Notes under the pieces: generated by a model | The model's input: only the letters and a program-made list of their open reading frames with translations | Told to the model about the DNA's origin: nothing | Database searches by the model: none | Source: a bacterium | Lineage (GTDB): Bacteria > Patescibacteriota > CPR2 > UBA1875 > JAJYID01 | DNA length: 64,000 nt | Direction of reading: 5' to 3' | NCBI GenBank assembly: GCA_021796415.1 | Contig: JAJYJC010000002.1 | Span: forward strand, 7,983 to 71,982 | Part shown: positions 9,486-17,560 of the stretch, piece by piece | Layout: each line of letters starts with the position of its first letter | How positions within the stretch are numbered: position 1 is the first letter of the stretch | Translations under genes and position numbers: made by a program

Positions 9486-9612
9486 GAGGTATGCAATAAT
9501 AGCTTTCGAAGCGCTGAGATGTTCCCTCGGAGCATCCGAGACTAAAGTCTCAGAACACCACTTCGGGAGACGCTGCCTCCCAAAAAACTTAAGCCGTTGG
9601 CTTGGGTTTTTT
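9486..9612 (+). ncRNA. Putative DUF3800-associated structured small RNA
   Basis: Own promoter; hairpins GATGTTCC/GGAGCATC, GAGACT/AGTCTC, GGGAG/CTCCC; U-tailed terminator; convergent with the DUF3800 gene. Confidence 0.6.
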
Positions 9613-9614
9613 AT

Positions 9615-10262
9615 TTAGCTAAATAGTTCCTTACCATCGCCAATTATATTATTTTTAAGGATCTTGAAATATATTTTCCCATGCTTCTTGTCCTCTAGAT
9701 AATGTGCTATACAACCCGTTATCCAGTCAGCTATTTGAATATTTGCACTGGTAGTAGAATCAACCATCTCTATTTGAATAAGAGTATTTTTCGACATCTT
9801 AGGTAAGAGCTGAGCCTGTAACAATGAATTGAACTGACTTCTTTTGATGCCTTTTAAATGTCTCTGGTCGCAAAATGCTCTAAACTCCTTGTCCGCTATT
9901 GGCAAATACATTTCCAGTGTATCTCCTATAATCTGCGTATAGAGTTCCCCGGCCTTGATTTTGCCTTTATGAATAAACTCTTCGGGAATATTTTTCCTTT
10001 TAAGATAAGAATACCTAATTCTTACATCCAAGTCAGCGATGTATTGGACGGTTTTGATCCTCAGTTCATCTTGAATATTTACGTCAGAAAACTTAACCTC
10101 AGGTTGATTTCTCATCTTGCGAGGAAACTTTTCTTTGTGCCATGACCTAAACCTTTTCTCCGTGCGCCTTGGGTCACCAACGGTAAACGAACCAACTACA
10201 AAATATTCACCATCTTTTGATTTGTTAAATTGTCCGCTCTCATCAATATAAATATATGGCAC
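9615..10262 (-). CDS. DUF3800 family protein (RNase H-like)
   Basis: N-terminal YIYIDESG, central FCD, C-terminal DS...IQIADW. Confidence 0.85.
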   Translation of the reverse strand: MPYIYIDESGQFNKSKDGEYFVVGSFTVGDPRRTEKRFRSWHKEKFPRKMRNQPEVKFSDVNIQDELRIKTVQYIADLDVRIRYSYLKRKNIPEEFIHKGKIKAGELYTQIIGDTLEMYLPIADKEFRAFCDQRHLKGIKRSQFNSLLQAQLLPKMSKNTLIQIEMVDSTTSANIQIADWITGCIAHYLEDKKHGKIYFKILKNNIIGDGKELFS

Positions 10263-10388
10263 TTATCCTCCTTGTGTAGATTTATTGACTGAATAAATCT
10301 CTCTTAGAGCTTATATTTTACTCCTTTTGAGCTTCAAAATAAAGGTAAAAAGTGCTTAGCAACTTGGTTTTTGCATTCCAATTTAAAT

Positions 10389-10475
10389 CAAAATCAGCTA
10401 TAATAAGTACTCAAATTAGCCGGATGAGTTTGGGGGTAACCCTAAGCTTTCAAAGCTTGCAACCTTGAAAAGGAG
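10389..10475 (+). repeat. Promoter/leader module, copy 1 (copy 2 at 14381-14473)
   Basis: CAAAATCAGCTATAATAAG(G)TACTCAAATTAGC + hairpin + AAAGCT..AAC(C/T)TTGAAAAGGAG. Confidence 0.8.
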
Positions 10476-10481
10476 AAGAGA

Positions 10482-10730
10482 ATGAAGGCTCGTGTGCGCT
10501 TTAATGCAAATAACTTAAAAAGGCCGCTAAGTCCTTTCGATTGGAAATGCCTTTTGTGGGGCACAACACTGTCGTTGACAAGCGTAGTTGTTATGTTCTT
10601 TGCAGCATTCTTTCAATTGCAGACAACTCATCCGACAATGGTCCAATGGATTACTCCGATGCCGGTTTTGATCGGTATAGGGTTAATGATTTTTGTCTCA
10701 TCAAAGACGCATTGGAAAGGGAGTGAGTGA
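10482..10730 (+). CDS. Small two-TM membrane protein
   Basis: AAGGAG RBS; two hydrophobic helices. Confidence 0.7.
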   Translation: MKARVRFNANNLKRPLSPFDWKCLLWGTTLSLTSVVVMFFAAFFQLQTTHPTMVQWITPMPVLIGIGLMIFVSSKTHWKGSE

Positions 10731-10984
10731 AGATGGAAAGCAGTATTGCAGTTGTTGCAGGCCGCTTGCAAAAGAAGAGGCGAAAGATTGACCCGCTTTG
10801 GTATTTGGCGGTGGCTGTCTTCTGCAACTTCATCATCATTGGGTGTCTCGCTTATGGAATACCCATGGCTGATACAGCGATCGGGAAAGCTATCATCACC
10901 GCAAGCGTAACGCCTTGCCTTATCGCAGCGGTCTGTGTATGGCTTGGTGTAGGAGGATTAATCTCAGAAAAACGACGGAGGTGA
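10727..10984 (+). CDS. Small two-TM membrane protein
   Basis: Translational coupling; basic N-terminus plus two TM helices. Confidence 0.7.
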   Translation: MKMESSIAVVAGRLQKKRRKIDPLWYLAVAVFCNFIIIGCLAYGIPMADTAIGKAIITASVTPCLIAAVCVWLGVGGLISEKRRR

Positions 10985-10991
10985 ATGAAAG

Positions 10992-11261
10992 ATGGTGTCA
11001 AAGGAAGAGCTCAAAAAGATCAAAAAGAGCTGGCGCAAAGCCTCTTATGGCGGTTTTCTTGTTGCTATGGTCGCAGGGGCAATTCAATATTTCTCTGTGT
11101 TGCATCTCGTCCTGGCGGATGAGAGAACTCTCGGGGGTTTCATAATACTGATTCTCCTCGTGGTATCCGTTGCCTTTATACCTTTCAGTCTGCTTTATGG
11201 CATTGTATGTGCCCTTGTCTCAATATATCCCGAGAAGGCTTTCGGGGAAAACGGGAGGTAA
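10992..11261 (+). CDS. Small two-TM membrane protein
   Basis: GGAGGTG RBS; two TM helices. Confidence 0.7.
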   Translation: MVSKEELKKIKKSWRKASYGGFLVAMVAGAIQYFSVLHLVLADERTLGGFIILILLVVSVAFIPFSLLYGIVCALVSIYPEKAFGENGR

Positions 11262-11268
11262 ATGAAAG

Positions 11269-11514
11269 ATGGTAACAAGGGGTGAATCTTTTAAGGCTCG
11301 TTATGGCATGAAGTTCAGCACTGTATATTGGTTAATAGTCGTTTTTTGTCAGACGCTCGTTCTGGTAATCGCGGTAGCCTTGATGTCATTTGATGTCAGT
11401 CGGGTGAACTTGACTGCATTGACGGGTATCATTCTGGTGCTGGTTGTGCTATCGGTTTGCTTTGCTATCGGCGCGCTTTATGCCGCCAAGGATGAGCGAA
11501 AACCAATCGAATAA
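11269..11514 (+). CDS. Small two-TM membrane protein
   Basis: GGAGGT RBS; junction AATGAAAGATGGT shared with the previous gene. Confidence 0.7.
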   Translation: MVTRGESFKARYGMKFSTVYWLIVVFCQTLVLVIAVALMSFDVSRVNLTALTGIILVLVVLSVCFAIGALYAAKDERKPIE

Positions 11515-11525
11515 GAAAGGGGTGA

Positions 11526-11714
11526 ATGACGATGGGACCAGTCAAGGTTCTTACAGGAGACCGTTTGCTTTTTCTTGCGGCTGCCTTTGCGGCATTTGCC
11601 GTATTTGCAGTTGTTGCCGATAAGGTCTACAGTTCTCTTATGTGGGGGATCTTTTCAGTGATAGGTCTGATCGGTGAGGCTTTTTGCGTACTTGTGCTTT
11701 ACAGGCGAAGATAG
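11526..11714 (+). CDS. Small two-TM membrane protein
   Basis: GGGGTG RBS; two TM helices; followed by a GGAGAGG/CCTCTCC-T tract terminator. Confidence 0.65.
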   Translation: MTMGPVKVLTGDRLLFLAAAFAAFAVFAVVADKVYSSLMWGIFSVIGLIGEAFCVLVLYRRR

Positions 11715-11891
11715 CCTCAAACGTTCAGTATGGGAGAGGATGTGGATTTTATATCCGCATGCAGTACCTCTCCTTTTTTCTTTGATATCATAAGTCTGCT
11801 ATCTCGCAATTTCCATTGTACACTTAAAAAACTGGAAGTTGGTAATGTGAGCACGACTTCTGTATAATATATTTATAAATTAGGTTCTTTT

Positions 11892-12557
11892 ATGACAAAT
11901 GAAGTGACAAAAAATGAAACAAAAACAGACCCAAAGGGCCAATTGAGGGAATTGACCAATGAGGAAATCACTGCGATTGGAGAAGAGAGAGAAAGTTTCT
12001 ACAAATTATATAGTGACACTGTTCGAGAATATGGCGATTCAGCAATAAATCTATTGTTAAGATTAATTGACTTTGGTTATAAAATTGCTCAAATCTCCGG
12101 AGTAATTGCTGGATTTGGTTTCGTAGCAATCAGCCAAGTAAAAAATGTGTGGCTATTCCTTTCAGGGGAATCTCTGTTAATTTTTGTTATTATTTACGGC
12201 ATATTCAAAGTAAAAAACATATATGAGAATAATTTAGATAATGTCAATAAATCAATGACTAAAGCAACTGCTGCATTTGAAAATAAAAGTAAAATACACA
12301 TCGAGATGTATCAGGAGCTGGCAGACAACTACACCTCAGACGGTAAAACCTCTTTGCATGGCGCTTACTTTGGAACAAAAATAATTGAAGCCAATGATAA
12401 GCTTTTAAAAACCTTTGATACGAAAGAAATTGACCCCAAAAAAGATAACTTCCTCACGAATATGTTAATCATCCTACCAGTAGGCGCTACCCTGCTTATT
12501 CTTTCGTTCTTTATTAGCTGGAGCATGGTTATTAATTTAGTACATCTTTTCTTATAA
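11892..12557 (+). CDS. Hypothetical membrane protein
   Basis: 221 aa, three hydrophobic segments, TGTATAAT promoter just upstream. Confidence 0.75.
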   Translation: MTNEVTKNETKTDPKGQLRELTNEEITAIGEERESFYKLYSDTVREYGDSAINLLLRLIDFGYKIAQISGVIAGFGFVAISQVKNVWLFLSGESLLIFVIIYGIFKVKNIYENNLDNVNKSMTKATAAFENKSKIHIEMYQELADNYTSDGKTSLHGAYFGTKIIEANDKLLKTFDTKEIDPKKDNFLTNMLIILPVGATLLILSFFISWSMVINLVHLFL

Positions 12558-12642
12558 AACTTTAAAAGATAATGAGGCAAACTATATCGCACCGCCCCAC
12601 TATCAATATCTAAAGACGCCAAAATTTGTTATAATTTCCCTT

Positions 12643-13095
12643 ATGAATACTTTAATAGTCCTTACCGCAAAATATCTATACCTAATCATTGTCTTGATTG
12701 CCATAATTGTTTTCTTGAAAGCAGATAAGCAGGATAAGGTTAGACTCATTAAACTGGCAGTTATAGCGGGTCCCTTAGCTTTAATCATGGTTTTTATATC
12801 CAGTCATCTTTTCTACGACACTAGACCTTTTGTAGTTCAAAACATCCAACCCTTGATTCCTCATTCCCCAGACAATGGTTTTCCATCAGATCATACTTTG
12901 ATTTCAATGCTGGTTGCTCTTAGTATCTATCGAGTTAAGAAGAATGCTGGTGTCTTGCTTGCTATTCTTGCACTAATAGTTGGCACTTCAAGAGTACTGG
13001 CACATATTCATTATCCGGTTGATATCTTAGGGAGTATTGTCATTGCAATGATTGCTGTGGGACTAGCTTCACTTCTTTTTAAAAAACGTAATTAA
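12643..13095 (+). CDS. PAP2 phosphatase (BcrC-like undecaprenyl-diphosphatase)
   Basis: RPF, FPSDH and SRVLAHIHYPVDI motifs. Confidence 0.9.
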   Translation: MNTLIVLTAKYLYLIIVLIAIIVFLKADKQDKVRLIKLAVIAGPLALIMVFISSHLFYDTRPFVVQNIQPLIPHSPDNGFPSDHTLISMLVALSIYRVKKNAGVLLAILALIVGTSRVLAHIHYPVDILGSIVIAMIAVGLASLLFKKRN

Positions 13096-13327
13096 AGATG
13101 TGTTCAAGTTCTGTCTCTGCCACCAAGGTTGATATCTTAGCTTAATATAGGTATAAAATTTATGTCGTAAAATAGACCCATTTTTATATTTGAACTTTTG
13201 TGCTTAAAGGTCCCTTTTCGAGGCTTTATTTGTTTTTTAAACTGATTGACTATAATTAGTTTAGTGTTAAATTGTTTATACGGCACTGACTGTTACCCAA
13301 GCAATAATTTGAAGGAGGTGCAGAAAC

Positions 13328-13708
13328 TTGAAACTCCAGGGTTCGGAAAATATTACCTATTTGGAAATTGTCAAGCTACTTGTGGGTCAGCATAAAGAAG
13401 TGATTTGTCAGATCACAGCCCCGCATATTATCCAAAGGATAATGGACCATCTTGAATATGAGGCTGAGGCTGCTCCTCTCCTCTTTGACCCCATCTCGCA
13501 TCGATATTTTCTCCGCTGGTTTGATGCCTACGACGAAAGCTCGGGTGCGGAAGTCCTCAGGGGTTTTATTAACTTTGGCGAGGGCTATCATTACATCCTC
13601 GATGAGGCCTTTTTCAATGTTCTTGAAGAAGCGCTGGAAGGTATTGAACCGGAAGAAATTAATCGACCTGTGGGACATTTTGTTTTCGACGATGGGTCAG
13701 AAATCTGA
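13328..13708 (+). CDS. Hypothetical protein
   Basis: AAGGAGGTG RBS, TTG start. Confidence 0.7.
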   Translation: MKLQGSENITYLEIVKLLVGQHKEVICQITAPHIIQRIMDHLEYEAEAAPLLFDPISHRYFLRWFDAYDESSGAEVLRGFINFGEGYHYILDEAFFNVLEEALEGIEPEEINRPVGHFVFDDGSEI

Positions 13709-13718
13709 AAGGACAGAA

Positions 13719-13919
13719 ATGAAATTATCCGAGGAACAGATTAAGCGGATTACTGCCAAGCCGCAAGGCACCTTCAGAAAGTCGAACATGGCAAAGGATG
13801 TCATCGACAGAATCCCTGCCGGGGCGATGGAGGAGATTCTCCTGAAGGAAGGTCGAGCCTGGGGCGAACTACGGAATAAACTCGTTTCTAATCCCTGCGG
13901 AGGGGAGGTCTACTCATGA
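13719..13919 (+). CDS. Hypothetical protein (66 aa, MKLSEEQIK...)
   Basis: AAGGA RBS; 3' part of track ORF 13452-13919. Confidence 0.55.
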   Translation: MKLSEEQIKRITAKPQGTFRKSNMAKDVIDRIPAGAMEEILLKEGRAWGELRNKLVSNPCGGEVYS

Positions 13920-14077
13920 CAAAACGGGAGAAAAGGACGATCGCTCGCCGGTGGAATCAAATGTATGCGAAGTTCCGGGATGGGCTCACTAAACAAGAAG
14001 AGGATGAATACAGGAGAGCTCTCTACGCGGAACGCAACCGCTCAACCCCGCCCATGACCCTCGGAGGACCTGGCTGA
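13916..14077 (+). CDS. Hypothetical protein (53 aa, MTKREKRT...)
   Basis: GGAGGT RBS, ATGA overlap; manual translation. Confidence 0.5.
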   Translation: MTKREKRTIARRWNQMYAKFRDGLTKQEEDEYRRALYAERNRSTPPMTLGGPG

Positions 14078-14119
14078 ATTTGTTGGCCTCACTGAGTATC
14101 AGTGAAAGGAGGACTCGCA

Positions 14120-14278
14120 ATGAGCATGCAAACAGAAGGCAATGGAAAGCCGGTCTCTGTTCCTTCCGAACTGTTTGATCCGTCACCGGAACTCATCAGA
14201 CAACTCGATGAGTTGGCGGCCTGGAGGTTAAGGTCTGCAATTATGATGGCTGATCAAGTCTTCGGTCCCCCCGGATGA
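14120..14278 (+). CDS. Hypothetical protein (52 aa, MSMQTEGN...)
   Basis: AAGGAGG RBS; manual translation. Confidence 0.5.
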   Translation: MSMQTEGNGKPVSVPSELFDPSPELIRQLDELAAWRLRSAIMMADQVFGPPG

Positions 14279-14311
14279 CCCTGTCAAAATCACTGATGTT
14301 GTCAGTGAATC

Positions 14312-14338
14312 AAAAGCCCCTGTACTACAGGGGCTTTT
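14312..14338 (+). terminator. Intrinsic terminator
   Basis: AAAAGCCCCTGT-ACT-ACAGGGGCTTTT. Confidence 0.8.
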
Positions 14339-14380
14339 CTCTGTCTAACCGAAATCTTCTTTACGCCTCGTAAAAACGGG

Positions 14381-14473
14381 CAAAATCAGCTATAATAAGG
14401 TACTCAAATTAGCTAGATAAGGTTGGAGGATAGGACTCTAACCTTTTTGAAAAGCTCGAACTTTGAAAAGGAG
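14381..14473 (+). repeat. Promoter/leader module, copy 2
   Basis: Near-identical -10/TSS region to 10389; the hairpin has a different sequence but the same position. Confidence 0.8.
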
Positions 14474-14483
14474 ATGTATTCTC

Positions 14484-14759
14484 ATGATCACTATTACTGA
14501 TAAGGATGGTGAGGTTTGCGCGAAGTTGGACGACCTGGGAGCGGTCTTGGTCTGGATGCAAAACAAAACCATAGCCCTCATTAACGAAGGGGCGAAAAGT
14601 TTTGAATTTGAGGCGCGAGATGCAAATAATCAGCCTCAGATTTCCGTTACTGGTTATCCCACTTTGGGAGAAAATGATACCCTCATGTTTCCTTCTGTGA
14701 GGTGGGATTTTCATTGGCTTGAAAACGCTCAAAGCGAATTCAGCAATGGAGGTGAGTAA
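14484..14759 (+). CDS. Hypothetical protein
   Basis: AAGGAG RBS before MITITDK. Confidence 0.65.
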   Translation: MITITDKDGEVCAKLDDLGAVLVWMQNKTIALINEGAKSFEFEARDANNQPQISVTGYPTLGENDTLMFPSVRWDFHWLENAQSEFSNGGE

Positions 14760-14761
14760 AG

Positions 14762-15034
14762 ATGAATGCTGGACAGAAGACCGGAAAAAGGTATGCAAGG
14801 TTCAACACCTGGGTCCTTCCCGAGGAGTTAACTGTTTTACGCGATATCTCAGGGTTGGAACTTGTTGGTAGTCATCCAGATAACGACAACCCCGCTCGAA
14901 CCATTGCCTACTGCAGTATAGAATCTGGGAAGTTTGATGCTGCTCTCTCAAGGCTCAACCAACACTTTTGGGGAGTAAAGGAGGTATCAGAGAAGGAAGC
15001 GGGAAGTTACCGTAACAGTTTACTGAAACTCTAA
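14762..15034 (+). CDS. Hypothetical protein
   Basis: GGAGGTG RBS; 13-bp hairpin downstream (15065-15096). Confidence 0.65.
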   Translation: MNAGQKTGKRYARFNTWVLPEELTVLRDISGLELVGSHPDNDNPARTIAYCSIESGKFDAALSRLNQHFWGVKEVSEKEAGSYRNSLLKL

Positions 15035-15405
15035 TGTCATATATTCCGCTTGTAATTGGAGAAAGGCGGGGACAAGAAAAATGTCTTGTCCCCGCCACAG
15101 GGGACTTTTTGAAAAAAAGAGTCCTTTTTTCTTTGGGTAAAAAGTGCTCAGCAAAGATCGTTTCTGCGATACATCTCCGATTATTGTGTATACGATAGAT
15201 ATTCCTTGCGATTTTGTTTAGTTCGGCTTGATGAAGAGGCTGCCAAGAAATAATCTTGAGATTCGGTCCCATCTGCTCAAAGCTGGCAGGTAGTCCCGCA
15301 TTACCGGTTGCAGTAAACGTTAAAATATAGTATAATCTTTTTAGTGTATAGAGGGTCCACAAGAGTGTGGACTTATTTATTGAACATTGAAAAGAGGTGA
15401 GACTA

Positions 15406-16923
15406 ATGGGTAGAAGGGGTAGGCAAAGGATATGGACTGAGGAAGTTGTCATCAACACGCTTAAATCTCTGAAAAAGAATGGCGAACCGGTTAACACGCA
15501 GTACCTGATTAACAACCACCGATCATTGCGTTCGGCTATGGTGAAGAGATTCGGTTCCTGGGAAAAAGCTGTTGTTGCAGCCGGGCTAGATCCCAAAAAG
15601 GAACGAGCTAAAAACCAACCTACTAAGAGCAATAATGCCCGGAAAGAAGCAGTGGTCAAGACTACGCCTCAGTCTAAACGGAAATCTTCCAGGAAATGGC
15701 GTGGTACTTACAAGCAATGGAGTAAGGATAAGATCATTGCCCAGTTGCATGAAATCAAGCTCAACGGAGAAGCCATCAGTTATAATTCATTGAGACAAAA
15801 TGGCTACAGTGGCCTTGCGGCTGCAGCTTGCCGTTACTTCGGTTCATGGGAAAAAGCAATCATAGCGTCTGGTTTTGATCCCGACCAAGAAAGCTTGGTT
15901 AAGAGATCTGGAAAGCCTTCTGAAAGTTGGGATAAAGACAAGGTCATTTCTAGATTCAAAGAGATCAAAGCCAAAGGCGGCAGTATCAACTATAAGGCCA
16001 TACAAGAAAATCATTATGGTCTTTGGAGTGCGGCTTGTTACTACTTTGGTTCCTGGGAAAAGGCGGTCACTGTTGCTGGCTTTAACCCCGATGAGGAGAA
16101 GCTGTTTCAGAAATTTGCGCTGAAGAGGAAGATAGGAAGACATCCCTTGGCCCCTTCAGAGGAATATGAGCGATCCTTAGTAAAGCAAGGCAAGCTCAAT
16201 GTTCTCTTTCCAGCCATGAGACAGCTTAGAGAACAATTAGGACGAGCTGCGACAGACGTCGAAATTGCACATTTCCTCAAAAAGTCGGTGGAGGAGATTG
16301 CTAATTGGCAATCAAGCAGAGAGAGGCTAATCCTCTCTTACCTGCCACTAGCAGAGAGCTATGCAAGGCATTTTTATGAGCATCAAGTCAAGGTAAGGCA
16401 TCTGACTTCTGACAATAAGTACAACAGAGAAGAATTCAGGGCTTTTGGCAGTCTATGGCTAGTTGAAGTTATGGAGGAATTCGATTGGGGCGACGAATTC
16501 GGTGGTTTTTCTGGCTATTTCAAGGTAGCATTTGAAAGGAGGATATATTACCGATATCTGATCAAGGAGATCGAAAATCCTATCATATCATTTGACTATG
16601 AAATAGAGTCTGGGCGAGATGGTAGCAGAATGATCCTCGCGGATATAATTGCTGACCCTCGGTCTCTACCAGAACCAGAATACGACCCAAAACAGTTATC
16701 CTTCATAAAAAGCGCCCTTAATCAACTGCCGGGAAGTCTCAAGCATGCACTTATGTGGGATCTTGGCATGGAATTTCATGACAAGACGCCCGCGGAGTTT
16801 GCAACTTTTCTGGGGGTTGCCATTGGAGACATAGACGAGCTCATCAAAACTGCTATTAGGAAGTTCTCAAGTATAGTTTTTCAACCCGGACTTCCTGACG
16901 GCGATCAGGCTTTAGCCTCATGA
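15406..16923 (+). CDS. Homing-endonuclease-associated-repeat x3 fused to a degenerate sigma-70-like domain
   Basis: Three W(T/S/D)xx...FGSWEKA..xAGxxP repeats; RERLILSYLPLAESYARHF (region 2-like) and ALNQLP..FATFLGV (region 4-like). Confidence 0.65.
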   Translation: MGRRGRQRIWTEEVVINTLKSLKKNGEPVNTQYLINNHRSLRSAMVKRFGSWEKAVVAAGLDPKKERAKNQPTKSNNARKEAVVKTTPQSKRKSSRKWRGTYKQWSKDKIIAQLHEIKLNGEAISYNSLRQNGYSGLAAAACRYFGSWEKAIIASGFDPDQESLVKRSGKPSESWDKDKVISRFKEIKAKGGSINYKAIQENHYGLWSAACYYFGSWEKAVTVAGFNPDEEKLFQKFALKRKIGRHPLAPSEEYERSLVKQGKLNVLFPAMRQLREQLGRAATDVEIAHFLKKSVEEIANWQSSRERLILSYLPLAESYARHFYEHQVKVRHLTSDNKYNREEFRAFGSLWLVEVMEEFDWGDEFGGFSGYFKVAFERRIYYRYLIKEIENPIISFDYEIESGRDGSRMILADIIADPRSLPEPEYDPKQLSFIKSALNQLPGSLKHALMWDLGMEFHDKTPAEFATFLGVAIGDIDELIKTAIRKFSSIVFQPGLPDGDQALAS

Positions 16924-17224
16924 ACTTTGAAACTTTCCCTATTGACTAGTGAAAGGAGTCGTATCGAACGAGTTAAATAGGAAGAAACGAATATATCTGT
17001 CAAAATCCGTTTTGACGGGGCTGACACTCAGCGACTCATTGGCCCCCAACCTTAAAAAGGTTGGGGGCCATTTAAATTCCGTAAACCATTGGGGTTCAGA
17101 ACGGTACCATATGAAACAAGACAAAAAAACAAGACAAAAAAAGTTCTTGACTTGATAAACCTCTTATGTTAAAGTCTTGCCATTAAAATCAAATAGGAGG
17201 GGCAGGAGGGAAGAAAGGATCCCT

Positions 17225-17551
17225 ATGCGACGTTTTCATTCTCTCCTGACAGTTCTATCATTAACGCTTCTATCGGCTACACCGGCCTTTGCGGCCCCTG
17301 CCGATCTCTCTAAGGTACAAAGTTTTGCCCAGAGCATTATACAAGTGCTCGTAACACTGGCCGGCCTGCTTGCAGCCGGTTTTTTTGTTATGGGCGGTAT
17401 CGGCTACATCACAAGCTCAGGTAACCCAGAACATCTCGACAAGTCTAAAAGAACTATTATCTTTTCAGCTCTAGGACTGGCGGTTTCGATCGGCGCCTTT
17501 GTTATCTCAAATATAATAGCCGAACTCGCGACAACGGCATTCGGCAGATAG
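17225..17551 (+). CDS. TrbC/VirB2-like pilin
   Basis: Signal peptide (PAFA|A), two TM helices, GGIGYITSSGNPE..DKSKRTI motif. Confidence 0.85.
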   Translation: MRRFHSLLTVLSLTLLSATPAFAAPADLSKVQSFAQSIIQVLVTLAGLLAAGFFVMGGIGYITSSGNPEHLDKSKRTIIFSALGLAVSIGAFVISNIIAELATTAFGR

Positions 17552-17560
17552 GAAAAAACG

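Noticed and set aside
14955..15659. 234-aa minus-strand ORF
   Set aside because: It overlaps two better-supported plus-strand genes and their terminator and promoter, and has no recognisable motif.
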